Shown: piece by piece, positions 37,044 to 46,617 of the stretch
Position numbering within the stretch: the first letter of the stretch is position 1
Layout of the letters: each line of letters opens with the position of its first letter
Source of the DNA: Lama guanicoe
Lineage: Eukaryota
Direction of reading: 5' to 3'
Assembly: GCA_013239625.1 (NCBI GenBank)
Contig: PNXV01003397.1
Coordinates: 1-46,617 of the forward strand
DNA length: 46,617 bases
Position numbers and translations under genes: made by a program
The notes under the pieces: model-generated
Seen by the model: the letters and a program-made list of their open reading frames with translations, nothing else
What the model was told of the DNA's origin: nothing
Databases searched by the model: none

Positions 37044-39401
37044 ATTGCTTCTCCTACTAACTTCTTTTTTCAACAGCTTTGTTGAGATACAATTGATACA
37101 CAAAATAAATGCATATATTCGAGGTACATCTGAGTTTGCACATATGCAGACACCTGTGAAACCATCGTCACTGTCAGGGTAGTCGATATATCCATTCCTC
37201 TAAAAGTTTCCTTGTGCTTTGGGTTTATTGGGATGGGGGAGCAGCACATGTATGTGAAGAGCCCTTATCACGAAATCTACTCTCTTAACAAGTATCTGGG
37301 TGCACAATGCAGTGTTGTAAACCGTCAGCACAATGTTACACACGGAGCCTCGGAATAGATCTCATTCTGCATAACTGAAAATTTATACCTATTGAATCAC
37401 GGCAGAATCAAAGAGTATCACCACAAAAAATCAATGAAGCACAAAAGAAAGAAGCAAGAAGGAATAGAGGAACAAGTTCACTACAAGACAGGCAGAGAAC
37501 TATTAAAAACAACAGTGATAATAGGCCTTTCCCTGCCACAATTACCTTAAATGTAAATGGATTACATTATCAGAGCAAAAGATATACAGTGGCTGAGTGG
37601 ATAACAAGCAAGGCCCAGATCTGTGCCAACACAAGGCACTCACTTTAGGCTTAAGGACACATGTAGGCTGGTCACGAAGGGATGGAAAAACGTACTCCAT
37701 GGAAAAGGCAAACAAAAGGAAGCAAGGATGCGTACACTTGGACAAAATAGACTTGAAGGTAAAAACAGTCATAAGAGACCCAGAAGGATGCTATACAATG
37801 ATGAAAAAAATCAGTTCTTCACAGACGGCTTCGTCCTTTTTATTCTGCAATCCTGTTCCTCTGCCTGGATGCATCCACTCACCTACTGAGGGACATCCTG
37901 TGCGCATCCAAGTTTGAATTAAGCTACGAATGAAGCATCTGTAGACATTTATAAACCATACACATCGCTGCACAGATTTGGGGTGGACATGAGTTTTCAG
38001 CCCATTTGAACAGGTGAGTATCTAGGAATGCAGTTGCCGGGTTGTATGGCAAGATTAGGTTTAGATTCTGGAGAAACTGCCGAGCTCTCCTGCAGACGGG
38101 CTCTTCCCGTTTGCACCCACCCGCAGCGGAGGAGGCCTCCTGCTGCCCCACACCCTCACCAGCGTCGGGAGGTGCCGGGTTTCGGTGTTGCTTCTGGACG
38201 TCCACCGTTCTAACAGCTGCGTGGTGGTCTTCCTTGTTTTCGCTTACAGCCTCCAACGACGTCGGATGTGGAGGAAACTTGTGCTTCCTTCTCTGCATCT
38301 GTGAGTCTTCTTAGGTGAGAGGTCTGTCCAGGGCTTTTAGTCACTTTTGACTGGGTCGTTTGTTTCCTTGTTGTGGACTTTTAACACTTCTCCGCATATT
38401 GCGGACACGAGTCCTTCATCAGATACGAGGTTTGCAAATGTGTGATTCTCCCAGTCCATGGCCTGCCTTTCATTCTCTCGACAGTGTCTTCCACAGGCAG
38501 GCATTTTCCACTTCAGATAAGTTCCACTAACTATGTTTCCTTTTCACAAAGTGCGCTTTTTCATTGTACCTACAAACTCACTGCCAAAATCATCCCTCCA
38601 ATTGGTGCTCCTGACCGGCTGATCTACACGTGCCCGGGAAGAAGGCCTGTCAGAGGGTGCCCGAGGGTGGAGCAGTGAGGCGGGTGGCTCCCGCAGTCTG
38701 AGGGAGGTACAGAGCGCCCCACCTGCAGAGAGGCTGGGGCCAGCCTGCCGGAGCTCATTCCAGAGGGAATCACAGGCCGTGGGCTGTCGGGATCATCTGA
38801 GCGGACCATGCCAAGCCTCCCATTCAGGAAGACAGCCCACACCAGCCACTGGGGTGGGCACTGCAGGGAGAGACTGCCCCCACCTGAGCCTCTTCAGTGC
38901 CTCTAGAACATTCTGACACATGGAGTCAGACGGAGCCGAGTTCCCATGGTGCTGCAAAGTGGACTTGGGGGTGAAGTGTCACAAGACCCCTGGGTTGCTG
39001 TGCAGCCCACACCTCTAGGGATGACTGTGGTGAACGCTGAAGGTACTGGTCCCAGGCTCCTGAGAGACGCCAGCCCACGGGGGACATGTCCTGTGGGGGA
39101 CACGTCCTGTGGGGGACTGTGCAGGGCTGGGAGCCTGAAGGATTCCACCTACCTGGCTCAGCCACCCCCACCCTGCCCAAAAGGCCAGGATGGCCTGAGG
39201 CTCTTCTGGGATCCAAGGGTGGTGACTGAGGCCTGGAACCTGGGTCAGAACACACCACTTTTTCTTCTGTTGCCAAAAGAAATGGGAGGTTCAGAGCAGT
39301 AATGCATGTCCAGGGCATCCGGGCGTTAGGGGGGAAGCTGCAGGCGTGGCATCTGGTTCACGGAAACGTCTCAGGCTACGCGCGGCGCCCTTCAGTTAGG
39401 G

Positions 39402-39722
39402 ACAGCTGGGCCTTGCGCCTGCGGGAGACTGAGCCAGGGCTCCCTCAGACGCCGAAACCCCTGATGCTCAAGCCCCTTCTGCCAAGCCGTGTAGTGTGTG
39501 CACGTACATACTCCAGGCACATCCTCCAGTAGGCGTTACTCCTCCCTAGGCTGCTTATGACCCCTAATGCAACGTCAGTGTGATGTGAATAGTGGCCAGT
39601 GTGTGGCCAGTTCCAGTTGCTTTAGGGAATATTCTGGGATTTTGCGAAGGGGGTTACATATTTTTAATTCACAGATGGATGGATCCGTGGATGTGGAAAT
39701 GGCAGAGTCGGATGGCCAAATG
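39402..39722 (+). mobile_element. MER2-like (TcMar-Tigger) DNA transposon relic
   Basis: gatgctcaagcccctt...gcacatcctcc...ggatccgtggatgtggaa...gatggccaaatg parallels the MER2 consensus as I recall it. Confidence 0.6.
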
Positions 39723-39769
39723 CACTCATTTTTATTAGCACAAGACAGCCTTTGAAAAGGTTTCTGTTC

Positions 39770-40318
39770 TTTTAAAAAAAACATTTTTATTGAGCTATAG
39801 TCATTTAACAATGTTGTGCCAAGTTCCAGGGTAGAGCACAGTTTTCCAGTTGTACATGAACATACATATATTCATTGTCACATTTTTTTTCGCTGTGAGC
39901 TACCACAAGATCTTGTATATATTTCCCTGTGCTACACAGTATAGTCTTGTTTATCTAGTCTACATATGCCTGTCAGTGTCTACAGATTTTGAAATCACAC
40001 TCTGTCCCTTCCCACCTCCTCCCACTGGCAACCACAAGTTTGTATTCTATGTCTATGGGTCTGTTTCTGTTTTGTATTCATGTTCATTTGTCTTCTTTTC
40101 TTTTTTCTTTCTTTCTTTTTTTTTAGATTCCACATATGAGCAATCTCATATGGTATTTTTTTTTCTCTTTCTGACTTACTTCACTTAGAATGACATTCTC
40201 CGGGAGCATCCATGTTGCTGCAAATGGCGTTATGTTGTCTTTTTTATGGCTGACTAGTATTCCATTGTATAAATATACCACATGTTCTTTATCCAGTCAT
40301 CTGTTGATGGACATTAAA
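39770..40318 (-). mobile_element. Antisense LINE-1 3' end, relatively young
   Basis: tttttattgagctatagtcatttaacaatgttgtg...ttagattccacatatgag...catccatgttgctgcaaatggc...tatccagtcatctgttgatggacat. Confidence 0.85.
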
Positions 40319-40751
40319 AGGTTTCTATTCTTAATCAAACTCCCCTAAGCCCCACCACGTCCAAGGCAGGCCCCAAGTTCTATGCTGATGAGCACAGGCC
40401 TCTGTCCAGTGTTACCGAGCTGGCCTCAGACTGGATGCATCGCCTGGTGGTCACTTCAAATTTACGGCCCCCACTGCCCATCCCAGGATCCGCACATGCG
40501 CCCAATGGCCTGCAGAAGCCAGTCGGAGGTGGGCAGAGGGGACCAGGGGATACTGCACTTCTGTGCTGGGAGGACAAGGATGCACTGCAGAACTGTGACG
40601 GAGGATGCACAGCAGATCTGTCCTGGGAGGACCAGGGTGCACTGGAGAGCTGTGCTGGGGGACCAGGGTGCACTGGAAATCATCCACAGGAACCAGAACA
40701 GGAAGCCGCCTGCTCCCTACACATCAGACTTCCACAAAGTCTGACCTCTAT

Positions 40752-41276
40752 TGTTGGAGGACACATGGAGGGCCAGCGTCACGGGTGGCTAAAGAATTTA
40801 TCAAAGGCCAGGAGGAGTTCAAGAACAAAGGAAAGTTTAATAGTCATGCGGCTACAGTGGGCCACACAGACGACAGGTGCCCGCGTGTGCACCGAGTGTG
40901 AACGTGCAGGGTCTTTTAAGAGGAAGGGGCTGTGAACACAAAGGGACTAGGGAACAGATTTCTGACTGTCTGTAAGTGAGGTGAGGGGCTTTGGTACTTG
41001 GGGGGATAGTGGATCTATGACTCCCGTAAGATGGAGACGTGGGCTGACGCCAGCAAGGCCGTGGGACTCATGACTGATAAGGGGAGACGGGCTGAGCCAC
41101 GTCGGCCTGAGCTGCGGTGAGGCTGGTCATTTCCCAGGGCTGTCAATTCTGCCAAGGCAGACACCCGCCAGGAGTTTATCTTCTGAGGAGGAGCAGGCAG
41201 GTGCCGAAGGACTGGAGGTTTGGGGGCACAGGGCCTCGGCAGGCACCAGCTGCCACTGGTTCCGTGACCAGCAACA
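40752..41276 (-). mobile_element. Probable solo LTR inserted upstream of the IgG2c I-promoter
   Basis: TGTTG...CAACA inverted termini; antisense ATTAAA (~40836) and TATA-like ttaaaag; absent from the paralogous position (~18770). Confidence 0.6.
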
Positions 41277-41939
41277 GCTCAGAAAGCCGCACAGTCTGCA
41301 CAGCCCTCCTGTCGCCAGCAAGGAGGTGACCAGTGATGACCACGCCCATCATTTTGTCCCTGCGTCCGACCTAGGACCCACAGGTGGAAGCCGGACGTGC
41401 CCCCAACCGTCACAGGGCCCCCTTCTCGCCCCTCGTCCAGTTTCTCCAGGTTCACAGCCCCCATCAGGCACCCCTGAGCTCTCCCTTTTTCCACAAAGAA
41501 GCTCTCCATACACAGAAAATATTTTAACACATTAACATATACATCATATACTATGCATACCTGTAGTAAGTGTGTCTGTCACAGACCTGCACGTGTGTGC
41601 TGTAACACCCAGCAGCACACACACATGATACAAGCACCAAGCTCCCCCGGCCCCTCCCTGCCTGGAGGCCTTGCTGAGCCCGGGGATGGGCGCAGACTCC
41701 CTGGCTGCAGCAGCTCCGAGAACCCAGCTTTTGCCTGTCCTATTAGAGTGCCCACCACACCCTCATCAGAGAAGGGAGAGGTGCCCACCAGGGCTAGGAG
41801 GACCAGAGGGCTCAAGTTAAGGCCTGGTACCCTGGTCTGCAGTGGGACATGTGGGCAGCATCCCTGTGGGAGGCAGGGAACAGGTGACCGCCAGGACTCT
41901 CACTGTCTCCCTAGGGTCCTGGCACCAGTCGCCCCACCC

Positions 41940-42150
41940 ACACACACCCAATGAGGCGCCTCTGCTGCGTCTGGACTCCCCCAGGTCATCTGAGACAGCA
42001 CCCACCCAGAGAAACGGGAACTTCCGGAAGCAGGCGGTGCCACCGGTTTCAGTCCCATTCTTAGTGTTCGCAGGGTGGTGGTTAGGGGGTTCACACTCCG
42101 GGTCCGCAACTGAATTCCTAGGATGTTCAGCTACCACTTCCTAGAAAGTG
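41940..42150 (+). promoter_or_regulatory. I-gamma germline-transcript promoter of IgG2c
   Basis: Paralogue of 20190-20390; kB-consensus GGGAACTTCC 42016-42025; GAS-type TTCCTAGAA 42138-42146; candidate I-exon donor at 42272. Confidence 0.72.
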
Positions 42151-43099
42151 GGGCTGCGGACAAAGAGCCCAACCTGGAGGAGCACATGTGCCTAGGACAG
42201 AGCAGGGAAGGGGAAGGGGTGCCCAGGAGACCCAGGCTGCAAAGAAGCCACCTCCACAGCTTCCACCTTCGGTGAGTGGGGTCCAGGAGGGACAGACACA
42301 GACGGAGTGCAGGGGGGCAATGAAGGGGAGACCCCACCTCAGGGATGGGACCCCACAGGGGTTACAGGAGGGACAAGGACAGACGGAGTGTGGGGAGGGC
42401 AATGAAGGGGAGACCCCACCTCAGGGATGGGACCCCACAGAGGGTCCAGGAGCACCTGAGCGAGCAGGAGGAAGGCAAGCTGCCCAGCGGTCGTGCTGCC
42501 CACCCAGCTCAAGGATGAGGGAGCCCTGGCAGGGGCTTGCCCACACCAGCGGAGCTGGTGCATCAGAGGCCAGTGGAGCTCAGCTAGGCCGCCAGGCCTT
42601 CAGGGAGCGGGTCACGGTCAGTGGGCAGAAGCCTGCCCGGGCTGCACGGGGTCAGTTGTGCCAGAGACACAGGGCTGGCCTGGCTTCCCGAGAGCTTGGA
42701 GCTCGCAGCACAGGGGCTGCCCACCAGCTCCACTGGCTACAGGAGGGGCGATGGAGCCAGGGCGCAGAGGGTCAGGACTAGGAGCTGAGGGCTGGGAGCA
42801 GGGGGCGCAGAGACGCAGACCAGCACCTGGAGGGAACTAAGGAACAGGGAGACTTCTGGGGGCTCAGGGAGCAAAGAAGAGGCTTAAGGTACCCAAGGGC
42901 CAGGAGCTCTGCTGGGAGGGGACCAGGGTGGGACAGAGACTCTGCTGGGGGAGAGCTGCCCAGAAAGGGAGGGGCACCGAGCAGCTCCAGGGAGAAGGGC
43001 CCAGGAGCAGAGCGGAACGAGGGGGGTGACCTGCGGCAGGTCACAAGGCAGGGGCTGCTAAGGGCCAGCACCCCAGGGACAAAGCTCAGGGAGGCCGCA

Positions 43100-43920
43100 G
43101 GTGAGCAGGAGACTGAAGCCCAGGAAGGCAGGGGGCTTCTCAGGAATATGGAAAACGCAAGTAGAGCACGTGCGGGTGAGCAGGGGCTGGGGGGCAGGGT
43201 GGCTGCTCCAGCCTCTCCAGGAAGCAGGTAGGGCTTGTGCAGGTGGGTAGGGGCTGAAGGGGCACAGGGCTCACACAGCATTTCAGGAAGCAGGCAGAGT
43301 TTATGCAGGTGGACAAGGGGCTGGGAGGGCAAGGAGCTGACCCAGGAAATCCAAAGAGCAAAGCCAGGCCTGGGAAAGAAATTCCCGGACTGGATCTGAA
43401 CTAGGCTGAGGGCTCTGGGGCTGGCCAGAGGGGCTGGGGCTGTTCAAGGCCTGTAGCTCCAGGGACAGGGGTCAGAGAGGGTGTAGGTGAGCAGGGGCCT
43501 GCACCAGGACGGCAGGGGGCTGCCGCAGGTGGGCAGAGAGAGCAGGTAGACCTTGTGGGGGTGAGCAGGGGGCTGCACCAGGAGGGCGGGGGGCTGACGC
43601 AGGGGCTCAGAGAAAGCAGGTAGACCTTGTGGGGGTGAGCAGGGGGCTGCACCAGGAGGGAAGGGGGCATCTGCAGGTGGGCAGAGAAAGCAGGTAGACC
43701 TTGTGGGGGTGAGCAGGGGGCTGCACCAGGAGTTGTGGGTGCTGCCGCAGGTGGGCAGAGAAAGCAGGTAGACCTTGTAGGGGTGAGCAGGAGGCTGCAC
43801 CATTAGGGCAGGGGACTGACACATGGGCTCAGAGAAAGCAGGTAGACCATGTGGGGGTAGCAGGGGGCTGCACCAGGAGTGCGCGAGGCTGCCGCAGGAG
43901 CCCGGGGACATGGCAGAGAG
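43100..43920 (+). repeat. Switch region S-gamma of IgG2c; ~6 degenerate 74-bp units (43486-43900)
   Basis: ggtgagcagg recurs at 43486, 43560, 43634, 43708; G-rich; between the I promoter and CH1. Confidence 0.75.
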
Positions 43921-45089
43921 TTTGAGCTAAGGTCTGAGTAGGTGAGCAGGCCCAGCTGAGGGCTCCTGGGACAGCAGGACCCTTGAGCCCCTGAGGGGCT
44001 GGCCAGATGGTGTGCTGGGGTGGAGAGCGGTCCCTGGCAAGGGAGTTCTGTGGGAATGAAGGAGAGGGGTCACCCCTGAGGGGACCCGATGGGCCCCAGT
44101 CCTTGGGCTTAAGGGCCCGTGGCGGGATGAGAAAGGAGGGGTGGACGTGCCATAGCCTGGTGGAGTGAACAGACCCTGGGCCCAGCAGAGGGAAGGAAAA
44201 CGCGGGGCTCGTTCAGGGCCTGAGCTGGGCTGCCAGCCAGAACAGAGCAGATGGGTCACGGTGAGAGGAGACAGACCCGGCCAGAGATGGGCCTGGGCTG
44301 CTGACACCGAACAGGAGGGGAAGGTGGGGGCAGTGTGGGGCTCCGAACTGTGCTGAGGGATGACCTGGACTGAGAATGGACAAGGGCAGAAGGAAAGCAG
44401 GGACCTGAGAGCCACAAGCTGGGGTGGGGTCAGAGGCCCCGGTAGGAGGGGGAAGTGAGCCGAGGGGCTGTAGCTGGAGGTCCAGAAGAGGGACCGGAGC
44501 TCCCCAAGGCACAGACTCGCAGCCGGGCTGAGGCCACAGGGATGAAAGGGGAGGGGCCAAGGAGGAGGCCTGCAGGGACAGGGTCCAAGGGGGCCAGTGC
44601 CCATGGCCCAGGTGCTGTGCCTGCAGAGCTGACCCACAAGACACGGGCCCGGAGGGCAAAGAGCAGGCCAGGCAAGGGCCACGAGCAGGCTTCTGGGTGA
44701 TGGAGGCCCACCACGCCAAGGAGAGGCCCGCTCATCCAGGACAGGGCCGGGCTGGGGCAGCAGGACGGTGAGCTCAGGGGACCAGCGGATGCTGCCCAGG
44801 TAGCACGCAGCACTGGTGAGGACTCAGACACAGGGCTCAGTCAGGCCAGGCACTTGCAGGAGGTTAGGGACTTGGGGGGCTGTCACCCAGGTGATCACCC
44901 AGCTCTGACCCACAGCTGCAGAGGCACGAGGCCCCAGGTGGTGAGGGCCCTGCCGGCCAGCTGGTTTGCAGACATTCTGGAAGCACATGGGCGCTGGGCT
45001 CAGGGGTGCCCAGACCTGGACTCGTGACACCCTGCCCGGACCCTCCCAGGGGTGAAGCCCTGGTGGTCACACGGCCTAATTTCTTGCAG

Positions 45090-45383
45090 CCTCCACCAAG
45101 TCCCCATCAGTCTATCCTCTGACTGCTAGATGCAGGGACACGCCTGGCTCCACAGTGGCCTTCGGCTGCCTGGTCTGGGGCTACATCCCTGAGCCGGTGA
45201 TGGTGACCTGGAACTCAGGCGCCGTGTCCAGCGGCGTTCACACCTTCCCATCTGTTCTCATGTCCTCGGGGCTCTACTCCCTCAGCAGCTTGGTGACACT
45301 GCCCGCCAGCAGCTCGGCCGGCAAGACCTTCATCTGCAACGTAACCCACCCGGCCAGCAGCACCAAGGTGGACAAGCGTGTGG
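45090..45383 (+). pseudogene. IGHG2C: IgG2c CH1 exon: frame open but donor dead, so skipped in the HCAb
   Basis: 294 bp [20 protein letters not shown]...KVDKRV followed by G|ATAAGT. Confidence 0.93.
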
Positions 45384-45698
45384 ATAAGTGGACAGGCCAC
45401 AGGGAGGTCATCCACTCCCAGACAGGACCGAGGTCAGCCCACCTCCCAGCTCGAACCACATGCCAGGATGGTGACCTCTGCCCAGGGTGTCAGACGAGGA
45501 GCGGTCTCCTCGCCTGGAGGCCTCCCAGGCTATGTTAGGGGTCCTCTGGATTTTCCACCAGGTTCAAGGTGGGCACAGGCTGGACAACTCTAACCCACAT
45601 AACTGGTGCCGATCCGCACCTTCCACAACCTGTCCCTGACCTAAACTCCACCCAGGGCCATTTCCACCCACAGTAACCCCCATCTGCTCTCTCTGCAG

Positions 45699-45743
45699 CG
45701 CACCACAGCGAAGACCCCAGCTCCAAGTGTCCCAAATGCCCAG
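45699..45743 (+). CDS. IGHG2C: IgG2c short hinge exon AHHSEDPSSKCPKCP (15 aa)
   Basis: ctgcag acceptor, G|gtaagg donor; matches the llama/alpaca short-hinge HCAb. Confidence 0.95.
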
Positions 45744-45872
45744 GTAAGGGAGCCAGGCTACACCCTCCATTGCAAGGAAGTGACCAGACACCAGGCACCG
45801 CCTGATGAGAGAAACATGTGCCCTACAGGAGGCCCGTCCAGGTGCTGAACCACTTCTTGTTTCCCTCACCAG

Positions 45873-46202
45873 GCCCTGAGCTCCTTGGAGGGCCCACGGT
45901 CTTCATCTTCCCCCCGAAAGCCAAGGACGTCCTCTCCATCACCCGAAAACCTGAGGTCACGTGCGTTGTGGTGGACGTGGGTAAGGAAGACCCTGAGATC
46001 GAGTTCAGCTGGTCCGTGGATGACACAGAGGTACACACGGCTGAGACAAAGCCAAAGGAGGAACAGTTCAACAGCACGTACCGCGTGGTCAGCGTCCTGC
46101 CCATCCAGCACCAGGACTGGCTGACGGGGAAGGAATTCAAGTGCAAGGTCAACAACAAAGCTCTCCCAGCCCCCATCGAGAGGACCATCTCCAAGGCCAA
46201 AG
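45873..46202 (+). CDS. IGHG2C: IgG2c CH2 exon ([18 protein letters not shown]...ISKAK)
   Basis: 330-bp AG/GT-bounded exon. Confidence 0.96.
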
Positions 46203-46276
46203 GTGGGACGGACAACGGGCGCGGGAGGGTCCTGTGGGGCTGCTTGGAGCGACCATCGTACAGACACACCCCACAG

Positions 46277-46605
46277 GGCAGACCCGGGAGCCGCAGGTGT
46301 ACGCCCTGGCCCCACACCGGGAAGAGCTGGCCAAGGACACCGTGAGCGTAACCTGCCTGGTCAAAGGCTTCTTCCCAGCTGACATCAACGTTGAGTGGCA
46401 GAGGAATGGGCAGCCGGAGTCAGAGGGCACCTACGCCAACACGCCGCCACAGCTGGACAACGACGGGACCTACTTCCTCTACAGCAAACTCTCCGTGGGA
46501 AAGAACACGTGGCAGCAGGGAGAAGTCTTCACCTGTGTGGTGATGCACGAGGCTCTACACAATCACTCCACCCAGAAATCCATCTCCCAGTCTCCGGGTA
46601 AATGA
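46277..46605 (+). CDS. IGHG2C: IgG2c CH3-secretory exon ([11 protein letters not shown]...SISQSPGK*)
   Basis: 329 bp including stop; membrane exons lie beyond the window. Confidence 0.96.
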
Positions 46606-46617
46606 GCCTCACCCCGG

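Larger units (their letters stand above)
28295..38506 (+). repeat. Segmental duplicate, copy 2 (apparently identical to 3620-13831, including its L1 fragments, 90-bp duplication and (CA)n)
   Basis: Constant offset 24,675. Confidence 0.93.

Overview
Mammalian (camelid, most likely Lama/Vicugna) immunoglobulin heavy-chain constant region with three tandem IGHG genes on the + strand. They are identified by their hinge exons: IgG2b-type (29-aa hinge, ~1585-6146), IgG1a-type (19-aa hinge, ~26288-30821) and IgG2c-type (15-aa hinge, 45090 to the window end). The two IgG2 genes are heavy-chain-only antibody (HCAb) genes: their CH1 splice donor is mutated GT>AT (1878, 45384), whereas IgG1a keeps GT (26582). 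The window also holds G-rich switch regions, two I-gamma germline promoters, membrane exons, poly(A) signals, a 64-bp minisatellite and LINE-1/SINE/LTR/MER fragments. Main anomalies: (i) a net +1 frameshift at the start of IgG2b CH3 that retention of the CH2-CH3 intron would exactly rescue; (ii) a ~1-kb tract carrying the HCAb splice mutation that is shared by 2b and 2c inside an otherwise 1a-like 2b gene; (iii) complementary stop-codon 'locks' against CH1-containing products in the two HCAb genes; (iv) a ~10.2-kb apparently base-identical duplication (offset 24,675) and perfectly homogeneous tandem arrays, which may be recent conversion/expansion or assembly artefacts. Most long ORFs in the supplied track are repeat or GC artefacts. 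All alignments were done by eye.
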